From contig CAYYTN010000001.1 in the NCBI GenBank assembly GCA_964474495.1, positions 14,740 to 49,787 on the forward strand: a stretch of 35,048 nt of DNA, read 5' to 3'. Positions within the stretch are counted from its first letter, which is position 1; every line of letters starts with the position of its first letter. This DNA comes from an uncultured Chloroflexota bacterium. GTDB taxonomy: Bacteria; Chloroflexota; UBA11872; VXNJ01. Under the pieces are notes generated by a model, which was not told the origin of the DNA, did not search any database, and saw nothing but the letters and a program-made list of their open reading frames with translations. Below, piece after piece: positions 23,230 to 30,919 of the stretch. The position numbers were made by a program, and so were the translations under genes.

Positions 23230-25138
23230 CTCGGGTCTTGGAGATCATGTAGGGCCCGATGGATAGATTCCGTAGACCCGAATCCACGAATGTCTTCACG
23301 GCGTCGGCCGCGTTGCATACAACCGGCTCACCATGGAGGTTGAAACTGGTGTTCAACACCGCCCCGATGCCGGTCATGCCCTCGAACGCTTTGATCAGCC
23401 CGTGGTATTCGGGATTGTCTGATTGCCGCAGGATCTGGGGGCGCATCGTCTTGTCGAACGGATGGATCGCGGCCGCCAGGCTGTCGTGTGCCTCGGGCAC
23501 TGTTTCGAAGGCCGTCATCATGTGGGGCGAGGGCACCTGCCCAGGATTCTTGATGTAGCGGTCCTGGCTCTCGTCCAGGACGGTCCCGGCGAACGGCATC
23601 CAGAAGTCACGTTGCTTGATCTGATGGTTGATGATGGGCACCACTTCGGGGTCTGAAGGGTTGGCGAGGATGGAGCGGTTGCCCAGCGCGCGGGCACCAA
23701 ATTCCATCCTGCCTTGGCATCGGGCGACAATCTGGCCGTCCTGCAGCATTTTGGCCGTTTCCAGATCCACGTCTTCCGGTTGGCGCACCCCGCAGGTTTC
23801 AGCCAACCCGAAATCGCGGATGGCACCGTCGATTTCGGCGGGGACCAGGTCGGGGCCAAGGTAGAGGCTGTCCAGCGGCGCCGGCGTCTTTCCGGTGAGG
23901 AGTTGATAGCCGTTGTAGGCGGCGCCGATCGCGGTTGATTCGTCTCCGGCGCTTGGGCACACGCCGAAATGCTGGAGTCCAGGTAGGTCCTTCAGAAGCA
24001 TGTTGGCCTTCACGTTCATGAAGACGCCACCGGCGGCAAGCAGGTTCACCGCTCCCGTCTCCCGCAGGGCATTTCGGGCAAACTTTTCCATCAAGTCTTC
24101 GCAGTGTTGTTGGGCTGCCCCGGCAACCCAATCAAACCGTTGGCGACGTAGGGCGGCCTCCAGGCGATGTCCGGCAGCCCGGGTCGAGGTCGGCCCTCGA
24201 AACTGCAGCCCGTCTACATGAAGCAGTTCCTGAAAGATCGGCAGAACTCGTTTCACGCCCTCTTCGTCCGCGTAGGGAGCCAGCCCCATGACTTTGTATT
24301 CGTGCTCCCCAGCCTTCATTCCCAGAGCGCGGGTGACGAGGGTGTAGAAGATGCCAAGGGAATAGAGGTTGGCGGTTTTGGCGACCCGGGTCATGGTGCC
24401 GTTCTCGGCCACGGAAACTGTGGCGCAACAATCATCGCCGGCGCCGTCCAACGTGAGTACGAGCGTCCGCCCACTCGGAGTCGGTCCAAAGAAAAGGGCC
24501 GATGTTGCGTGGCAGAGATGATGGTCGGCAGACTGGATCTTCGATTCCGGCAGGCCCAGCTCTTCGGCCAGGTCACGGTATTGAATCCGCCGCAAACGCG
24601 GCCAAACCGTCGGAGCGTAGACGCGCTCGTAAACGTTCTTTTCCAGGACATCCAGCACCCGCGAGGCCACCCGGTTCGAATTTCCCATGCCGTATATGAA
24701 CTGTGCGCTGCGATGCACCGCACGACGCAGTGAGGTGACCCGGCGGGCGCCGGTCTCGGCGGCCTGAGTGGCCGGATCGACGTGATCGATGGCCACGCCA
24801 AAGTGGGGGTATGGGTTCTTGTAGGTCAGAACAACAAGGTCTAGCCGTTCCGACGGAATCCCGGCGAAATCGAGGACATATTGGATCGCCTGCCGCGGAT
24901 ATCCGGTGTCGTTCTTGAATCGGGTGAACCGCTCTTCACTGGCGACGGCGATTATCTCCCCGTCGCGCAACAGTGCAGCTGTGCAGTTGTGCGCCTCGCT
25001 GATTCCGAGAATGTAGGTCGGGCTTACGGCGTGATCCGCCGAGTTTCCGTCTCTGGCCAAACTGGTCCCTAAGCTCTTTGTGCAGGCCACGTTTGCCGGT
25101 GCACCCCCGGTGGAAGATGCCTTCCGGTATGGCAACAA
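23222..25138 (-). CDS. NodU/CmcH-family carbamoyltransferase (second copy)
   Basis: Motifs YILGISEAHNCTAALLRDGEIIAVASEERFTRFK, DHHLCHATSALFF, GRMEFGARALGNRSILANP, WMPFAGT and NTSFNLHGEPVV. The start is uncertain: the track start at 25138 is TTG, and an in-frame TTG at 25060 lies closer to the conserved N-terminus. Confidence 0.9.
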   Translation of the reverse strand: MLPYRKASSTGGAPANVACTKSLGTSLARDGNSADHAVSPTYILGISEAHNCTAALLRDGEIIAVASEERFTRFKNDTGYPRQAIQYVLDFAGIPSERLDLVVLTYKNPYPHFGVAIDHVDPATQAAETGARRVTSLRRAVHRSAQFIYGMGNSNRVASRVLDVLEKNVYERVYAPTVWPRLRRIQYRDLAEELGLPESKIQSADHHLCHATSALFFGPTPSGRTLVLTLDGAGDDCCATVSVAENGTMTRVAKTANLYSLGIFYTLVTRALGMKAGEHEYKVMGLAPYADEEGVKRVLPIFQELLHVDGLQFRGPTSTRAAGHRLEAALRRQRFDWVAGAAQQHCEDLMEKFARNALRETGAVNLLAAGGVFMNVKANMLLKDLPGLQHFGVCPSAGDESTAIGAAYNGYQLLTGKTPAPLDSLYLGPDLVPAEIDGAIRDFGLAETCGVRQPEDVDLETAKMLQDGQIVARCQGRMEFGARALGNRSILANPSDPEVVPIINHQIKQRDFWMPFAGTVLDESQDRYIKNPGQVPSPHMMTAFETVPEAHDSLAAAIHPFDKTMRPQILRQSDNPEYHGLIKAFEGMTGIGAVLNTSFNLHGEPVVCNAADAVKTFVDSGLRNLSIGPYMISKTRDD

Positions 25139-25225
25139 GTTTAGCGGCCCGAAGGAGGTCAGTCAGATCAAAAGCAATCACCTGCCCTGCCTGTTTCTTC
25201 CCGGTATTCGATCGCCAAATTCGGC

Positions 25226-25231
25226 TAGGCT
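25226..25231 (+). promoter_or_regulatory. Candidate -10 box TAGGCT placed 6 nt upstream of the ATG at 25238 (leaderless geometry)
   Basis: The plus strand reads CGGC-TAGGCT-TTCCGA-ATG. The flank (CGGCTAG), the spacing and the lack of an SD match the 2072..2077 site. Confidence 0.35.
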
Positions 25232-25237
25232 TTCCGA

Positions 25238-26296
25238 ATGACCCCTAATGATCCCCCGTTGGCGCAGAGAGATCCGGATCTTGCCCCTGCTGCTCCGGTT
25301 TGCCCGGTATGCGGCGATCCCCATCGGCATAGAACTGGGCTGGAGCCGAGTTCTCCGTATCTGGACGGGGCCAGCTATCACATCGCCCGGTGCGCGGGCT
25401 GCGGGCTGCTACAAACCCAACCCTGGCCGACTCCAGAGTTATTGCGGCAGGTCTACGATTCTGGGAACTACTACTCGACCGTTGAGGCCTCGGCGACGGG
25501 AACGCCGAACCAGCCGCTCATCGAACGGGCGCGCAGCGCCGTCCGGTCCCTGGTGGTGCGTCACCACTTTGCCGCCGGTGGCGCTGGCCTGCAGGGCCGC
25601 CTGGCTTCGCTGGTCGCCCGGCGCCGATTTGGCTGGGGGCCGCCGGGATTGTCGCCGGGGAAGCTGCTGGACGTTGGCTGCGGAGACGGCGCCTTCCTGC
25701 TGGATGCGCGCGAGGCCGAATGGCAGGTGACGGGAATCGAAACCTCGCAGGTCGCGGTCGAGAATGCCGGACGGCTCGGGTTGAATGTTCTGGCCGGCTC
25801 GCTCGAGGACCATCCCTTTGGGCCGGCCGAGTTCGATGTTGTGCGGCTATGGAGCGTTCTCGAGCACGTGCCTGACGCCGGATTGGCGTTGGGCGAGATT
25901 GCGAAGCTCCTGCGACCTGGCGGCTGGGCGATTCTGCAAGTGCCTAACGCTGGAGGCTTTACAGCACGTCTGACCGGATCCCGCTGGCCGGGCTGGGACG
26001 TCCCGGCCCATCTGGTTCATTTCACCCGGGCCACGTTCGAGCGGGCTGTCCGGGCGGGCGGGATGTTGCCGATGGAGATTCACAGCTGCTCGGTGGGAAC
26101 CATGACCGGGCGCCACCCGTGGCTTGCATCCACCCCGGGTCGAGTGGCGGTTTTCGCAATGGACCAGCTATTCGATTTGCTGGGGGGTGGGGATACGCTG
26201 ATGATGTTTGCGCGTAAGCCGCTGGATCCGCGCTCCGGCGAGGGCTCTGCGGCAAGAACCGCCTACCAGCCCGCCAGTTGCGTGAAGTCGCAGTAG
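25238..26296 (+). CDS. Class I SAM-dependent methyltransferase with an N-terminal Cys4 zinc-ribbon
   Basis: 352 aa, with CPVCG...CAGCG, LLDVGCGDGAFL (motif I), VVRLWSVLEHVPD and LLRPGGWAILQVP. The 3' end overlaps the convergent GNAT gene by 34 nt. Confidence 0.85.
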   Translation: MTPNDPPLAQRDPDLAPAAPVCPVCGDPHRHRTGLEPSSPYLDGASYHIARCAGCGLLQTQPWPTPELLRQVYDSGNYYSTVEASATGTPNQPLIERARSAVRSLVVRHHFAAGGAGLQGRLASLVARRRFGWGPPGLSPGKLLDVGCGDGAFLLDAREAEWQVTGIETSQVAVENAGRLGLNVLAGSLEDHPFGPAEFDVVRLWSVLEHVPDAGLALGEIAKLLRPGGWAILQVPNAGGFTARLTGSRWPGWDVPAHLVHFTRATFERAVRAGGMLPMEIHSCSVGTMTGRHPWLASTPGRVAVFAMDQLFDLLGGGDTLMMFARKPLDPRSGEGSAARTAYQPASCVKSQ

Positions 26297-27423
26297 TCAA
26301 ACGGCGATAGCCAGGCCGAAGCGGTCTTCAGATTCAGGCCCTCGTCGCTGAACTTGACCGTGCCTGCTGCCACCGCTTCGGGGATATCGCTTACGCCGAA
26401 CAGGACCGACGGCAGTCCACCAGCAACGACGTTCAATTCGGAGTCTTCCGGACGGGCGTCGGCAAACGTGATCTCTCCGCCGGTGAACTCCAGGGTCACT
26501 CGCTCGTTTCGGGCGGAAATTGCCAACCGTGCCGGGCCAAGGCGGAGTTCGCGACCGCGAGCTCGCAAGAACGGGGAGAGTTGTCGGCAAAGCCTCTCCA
26601 ACGACACGATGTAGATCAGGTTCTCGCCGCTGCGCTTTTCCCAGGGGAGCCCGGGTGTCGCCCTGACCAGATGACCGTGCGGCGAGCCATGGAGTTGGAA
26701 CGAGTCCAGGTCCAGTTGGGCGGCGACCGCATCCAGATACGTTGTCGGATTGTCCCCGGTTGCGTAGAGCAGCGACGATATGGTCCAGAGGTCGTCCACG
26801 TACCGGACCGCGGCGGCGGCGACCGGCGTATCTTGATCCCGGACGAGGTGCCAGGCGGTGCCGTTCGATACATCGGTGTTGCGATCTTCCACCCCGGCGG
26901 TCGTAGCGGCATAGGCGCGCCGGAGATCGGAGATGATGCCGCGCTCCGCAGGCAGGGCTCCTTGCACGGCCAGCTCTGGGCGTGCGCGACCAACCCGGCC
27001 GATTGCCGCCATGCGTCCCTGCACGACCTCGAATCCGCGGCGCCGATACATCTCGTACGCCGGCCCACGGGTTGGGTGGGCCACCAGCCATATTGCCGCG
27101 AGTTCATGCCGGTTCGCGAACTCCACCGTCCGGGCGTAGAGCTGAGCCCCGATGCCTTGTCCGCGATGGGTGTCCTTGACCAGGACCTGGCCAACGTTGC
27201 CGAACCTGAGTCTCGCCTCACCGTGGAGCAGAGTGCGGACGGCGATAAGACAATGACCAACGATCTCCCCATCGGTCTCGGCGACGACGATCGAATCCTC
27301 CAGCAAGCCGGTGTCGTTGAATTTGTCGGCGTAGCGGGCCTCGCTGAGCCAGCCGAGTGAATCGATCATCGGCCATAGTTGGGCATCGTCGTCGGGCCGC
27401 CAGTAACGGTACGAGATCGTCAT
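26263..27423 (-). CDS. GNAT-family acetyltransferase with an extended C-terminal region (Eis-like length and layout)
   Basis: 386 aa. The acetyl-CoA motif is VLVKDTHRGQGIGAQLYARTVEFA within the first ~150 aa. A further ~230 aa resemble the three-domain Eis-type architecture, but that call rests on length only. Confidence 0.75.
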   Translation of the reverse strand: MTISYRYWRPDDDAQLWPMIDSLGWLSEARYADKFNDTGLLEDSIVVAETDGEIVGHCLIAVRTLLHGEARLRFGNVGQVLVKDTHRGQGIGAQLYARTVEFANRHELAAIWLVAHPTRGPAYEMYRRRGFEVVQGRMAAIGRVGRARPELAVQGALPAERGIISDLRRAYAATTAGVEDRNTDVSNGTAWHLVRDQDTPVAAAAVRYVDDLWTISSLLYATGDNPTTYLDAVAAQLDLDSFQLHGSPHGHLVRATPGLPWEKRSGENLIYIVSLERLCRQLSPFLRARGRELRLGPARLAISARNERVTLEFTGGEITFADARPEDSELNVVAGGLPSVLFGVSDIPEAVAAGTVKFSDEGLNLKTASAWLSPFDYCDFTQLAGW

Positions 27424-27461
27424 TTCACCCTGCCTGATCGGAGGCGGCCGCGCTCAGGCCG

Positions 27462-28439
27462 CTACTTGTACATGCTGCGGCCGGCCTGGTCGCGAAAGTA
27501 CTCGATGGTCTTCTCGAGACCGTCATCCAGGGAGGTCTCGGCGCTCCAGCCGACAAGACCGTGTATACGGCTGAGATCGGGCACCCGGCGCGGAATATCC
27601 TCATAGCTGGTTCCGAACACCGATTCGTGGGTGACGAACTCGATGTCGGAATCGAATCCACCCAGGCGTTTGAGGGTCTCGGCGATTTCTAGGACGCTCA
27701 CCTCCCGGTCGGTGCCTACGTTCAGGATGCTGTTGGCCGCAGCCGGTGACATGGCGCTCTGCACCATCCCCTCGACGGCGTCTTCGACGTAGCAGAAGGT
27801 GCGGGTCTGCCGGCCGTCGCCGTGTACCTGCACCGGCAGTCCGTTGAAGAAACGGTGCAGAAAGATCGGGATCACCCGCCCTGCGCCCAGCGAGTCGAGG
27901 CGGGGTCCGTAGACATTGAAGAGTCGGAAGATAACGAACTCCAGCGCGTTCCGTTGCCGATGGGCGAGGATGAAATGTTCGACCGCGGCCTTGGAAGTGG
28001 CGTAGCACCAGCGGTTGACGGAAGTCGAGCCGAGCACCCGATCGTCGTCTTCAGCCCAGGGGATCTTGGGGTTTCGACCGTAGACCTCGGAGGTGGAAGT
28101 GAAGACGATCTTCTTGCCGTAGCGGGAAGCCGCCTCTACAACCTGCAGGCCGGCGACCAGGTCCATCTCCATGGTGCGCAGCGGATCCTCAACGTACACC
28201 CTGGGATCGGCGATCGCGGCCAGATGGTAAATCACATCGCAGGCGCGGATTTCGCGGTCCATGAGCAGTTCGTCGGTGATCGAACCCTGGAGAAATCGGA
28301 AATCGGGATTGTCCAACAGGTGGTTTATCTTGGAGCCGTCCGAGAGATCCAGCGCGACAACCGAGTCCCCGCGCTCGAGGTGGGATTCGCAGATGAAGGA
28401 GCCGACGAAGCCAGCTCCGCCGGTTATCAGGATGTTCAA
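27462..28439 (-). CDS. Extended SDR sugar-nucleotide enzyme, UDP-glucuronate decarboxylase-like (ArnA C-terminal domain / UXS / apiose-xylose synthase type)
   Basis: Motifs ILITGGAGFVGS, STSEVYG (the Ser-Glu pair typical of UXS/ArnA decarboxylases), YATSK (YxxxK), FRLFNVYGPRLD, GDGRQTRTFCYVED and YEDIPRRVPD. Colinear with the E. coli ArnA decarboxylase domain. The TTG start overlaps the upstream TGA (TTGA). Confidence 0.8.
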   Translation of the reverse strand: MNILITGGAGFVGSFICESHLERGDSVVALDLSDGSKINHLLDNPDFRFLQGSITDELLMDREIRACDVIYHLAAIADPRVYVEDPLRTMEMDLVAGLQVVEAASRYGKKIVFTSTSEVYGRNPKIPWAEDDDRVLGSTSVNRWCYATSKAAVEHFILAHRQRNALEFVIFRLFNVYGPRLDSLGAGRVIPIFLHRFFNGLPVQVHGDGRQTRTFCYVEDAVEGMVQSAMSPAAANSILNVGTDREVSVLEIAETLKRLGGFDSDIEFVTHESVFGTSYEDIPRRVPDLSRIHGLVGWSAETSLDDGLEKTIEYFRDQAGRSMYK

Positions 28440-30082
28440 CTATTGGGGTCCTTTCGGCCGTCAACCTTGAGTAGACAGAAGTTGCCGGATCGAAGTGCCA
28501 CGGTTGTCTCGTCGAGGCCCAGTTCGCCCGGTTGCACGTAGTTTTCGTTTATCAGCAGATGATCGATTTCCCAGCGATCAAATATGTCGGTAATCGGTAC
28601 CTGTAGAAGTGGAAAGAAGTCGTCATAGTGATGCAGGTGGCCGAGAGAACTATCTGTGCTGAGAACTTTAGCGGCAGAGAACTGCAGGGCGGAATCCGCC
28701 AGGGCGAGCGGGATGGTCATTAGTCTTGCCGGGCGGTCCAGCGAATCCAACCTGGTCATGATTTCCAGCAGGGCCGGGGTCACCGAGCGGTCGACATCAC
28801 GGGCGACCACGCGGTATTGAATGAACAGGGCCGGGGCCAGGCCTCCGAGCAACGCTACCGTCACAAGGGATACCGCGAGCACGATTCCCCACCCGGGGGA
28901 CGCGGTGGAGACCAACCCGGCGACGATGAGCGCGACCGGAAACACCCCATACTCTACGTAGCGCTCACCCTCACCGATGAACTCCAGCGCCGGTATTTGG
29001 CGGATGAGGATTCCGGCAACCATCAGGCTCAGCGAAAGAACGAGAAGGAACTCGAATTCCTGTTGCCAGGCGACCGGGCCGGCGATGGCGAAACTGAGGA
29101 CCTGGTTGATCGCCGCCACGATGGCGAAGATCACGAAAGCGTTGGCGCTGAAGACGGCCACGAATGGGGCCTTGCGGATGGCCTGGTAGATCTTGAAGAC
29201 AGGGTCGGCGCTGTCTTCGCCTTTGCCGGGAAGCCCCCGGATCTGGTGGGCAAAGCGATTGTGGATGTTCCCGCGCCACCAGTTGAGCATGGCAAGGTGC
29301 CCCTTGAAGACCTGCCAGTAGAGCCCACGCGAGACCACAATCGCCAGGAGCCAACTGCCGAGTGCCGATAGCAGGTAGTACGGCGTCAGAAAGAACAGGC
29401 TCAGCGCTACCGTGGCGACGACGAGAGCCTGCAGAGCCATCCGGTGGGTCAGAAATAGCAAGGTACCCGCGAGCAGGGATGCTGGTAACCAAGCCCACTC
29501 CCCAGTTGCGGTGAAGGCAAGGTTGGTTAGCATCAACCCGGTGAACATCAGTGACGCGAGCGGTCGGGTGGTCAGACTGGAGTTCGCCATAACAACTATC
29601 GGGGCCAGGGCGTAGGCTGCCTGGGCCGCGATTGATGCCCAGAGATTCTCGGTGAATGAGTACGCCACGACAAAAACCATGAACGAATGCGTGAAATCGA
29701 AGATCGGACTCACCAGCCACTGCGATTTCTCCAGTAGTCTTAGGGGAAACAACGACAGCAGCCAGCGCAGCATCGGTGGATAGTCGGATGGTTCGGGAAT
29801 CAGGTAGCGATCGAAAACTACGGCGGGGTCGCTGCGCTTCCGCCGGTAGTAGTCGGCCATCACCAGGTGGCGCCAGGTGTCCACGCCGAAAAGGCGATTT
29901 CGGAACCGGGGCCAGGTTTGCAGCAGGAAGGAGGCAACTGAGAGCAGCAGGCCGATCAGGTAGATCAAGGCCCGCCTCTGTTGCCGTTGGAGACCCTTTG
30001 AGTAGGGTCGAAAAAGTCGGGCTGGCGCGCTGCTGTGTCCATCGCGCGGAAGATGATATCTCAGCCCCGCCCGCGGACGCAC
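28436..30082 (-). CDS. Polytopic membrane protein, probable GT-C glycosyltransferase (PMT_2/ArnT-like)
   Basis: About a dozen hydrophobic helices, loop motifs GVDTWRHL and SDYPPMLRWLL, and a ~100-aa C-terminal soluble tail. The track start at 30082 is GTG and overlaps the divergent gene. An in-frame TTG at 29968, preceded by GAGG, is an alternative start. Confidence 0.55.
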   Translation of the reverse strand: MRPRAGLRYHLPRDGHSSAPARLFRPYSKGLQRQQRRALIYLIGLLLSVASFLLQTWPRFRNRLFGVDTWRHLVMADYYRRKRSDPAVVFDRYLIPEPSDYPPMLRWLLSLFPLRLLEKSQWLVSPIFDFTHSFMVFVVAYSFTENLWASIAAQAAYALAPIVVMANSSLTTRPLASLMFTGLMLTNLAFTATGEWAWLPASLLAGTLLFLTHRMALQALVVATVALSLFFLTPYYLLSALGSWLLAIVVSRGLYWQVFKGHLAMLNWWRGNIHNRFAHQIRGLPGKGEDSADPVFKIYQAIRKAPFVAVFSANAFVIFAIVAAINQVLSFAIAGPVAWQQEFEFLLVLSLSLMVAGILIRQIPALEFIGEGERYVEYGVFPVALIVAGLVSTASPGWGIVLAVSLVTVALLGGLAPALFIQYRVVARDVDRSVTPALLEIMTRLDSLDRPARLMTIPLALADSALQFSAAKVLSTDSSLGHLHHYDDFFPLLQVPITDIFDRWEIDHLLINENYVQPGELGLDETTVALRSGNFCLLKVDGRKDPNS

Positions 30083-30850
30083 CGCTCGGATGCGGATAGT
30101 AGGTCGATCGTGCCCGCGATCGCTTCGAGGCTGCTTGCGTTTGCCGGGGTCACGGCGGTGCTGTTTCTCGGTGTGCTGTTCCTCGGGCAGGACCGGAATC
30201 TACCGATCTCATTTGTGCAGGAGGAGTATGCGTTCCCCTACGGTCCGTTGGCCGCCGGGGTCGGGCAGAGTTTCGCTGCGCCGGCCCCGTATCTCAGCCG
30301 CGTGACGGTGACCGTAGATGCGCGAGGCATTTCAACGGCTGGCTTTCCCCTCAACCTGAGGATTCGGAATGATAGCGGAGAGGTGATCGCCGAGTCCCGG
30401 CAGCTGATTGATCGCGCGGGCATCTCCGAGCCGGCAATCTCGTTTGTCCCGATCGCGGACTCGAAGGGTCGGCTGTTCGAAATCGAGGTCCAGCCCGCGG
30501 AGGGAGCGGAAGGCGAAATCTACCTGCCGATGCGGGCTGGATCGGGGATTTCCGGTGAGACGTTCCGCGACCAGGAGGGCCGGTCAGCAGACGACTGGTC
30601 CAGCAACCTCCGGCTCGAGCAGACGGTTCGCCCGCTGACCTTCTTTCGGAGCATCTTCGCCGCGGACCCGCTCATCGGGATGGCCCTCCTGGCGGTGCTT
30701 GGCCTTCTTGCCGGGAGTCTGGCGGTCGTACTAGGCAGCATTGGGCGGGCCCTGAGGCTCAAGATGGATTCGTTTGCGGCTAGCGTTTTCGGAGCGGACC
30801 TGACGCTCGCTCTGGTATGGGCAGCCTACGTCCTGTACCCGGTAGCGTGA
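30035..30850 (+). CDS. Membrane protein of unrecognised family (paralog C of three), divergent from the 548-aa GT-C-like gene
   Basis: 271 aa (GTG at 30035; ATG at 30053 is an alternative). TM anchor LLAFAGVTAVLFLGVLFL. The domain carries YGPLAAGVGQSF, YLSRVTVTV, LNLRIRNDSG and PIADSKGRLFEIEV, followed by two C-terminal helices. Confidence 0.6.
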   Translation: MSIARKMISQPRPRTHRSDADSRSIVPAIASRLLAFAGVTAVLFLGVLFLGQDRNLPISFVQEEYAFPYGPLAAGVGQSFAAPAPYLSRVTVTVDARGISTAGFPLNLRIRNDSGEVIAESRQLIDRAGISEPAISFVPIADSKGRLFEIEVQPAEGAEGEIYLPMRAGSGISGETFRDQEGRSADDWSSNLRLEQTVRPLTFFRSIFAADPLIGMALLAVLGLLAGSLAVVLGSIGRALRLKMDSFAASVFGADLTLALVWAAYVLYPVA

Positions 30851-30919
30851 TCGACGCTGGTCCCCGGTGGCGGGGCATCCCGAGCCGGACGATCGCTCTC
30901 GGGGCTATAACGGACGCGG

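Noticed and set aside
30862-30903. Hairpins CCCCG-GTGG-CGGGG (30862..30875) and CCCGAG-N13-CTCGGG (30879..30903) between convergent genes, considered as a bidirectional terminator
   Set aside because: The stems are only 5-6 bp, one loop is large, and no U-tract follows on either strand. This is too weak to call an intrinsic terminator.
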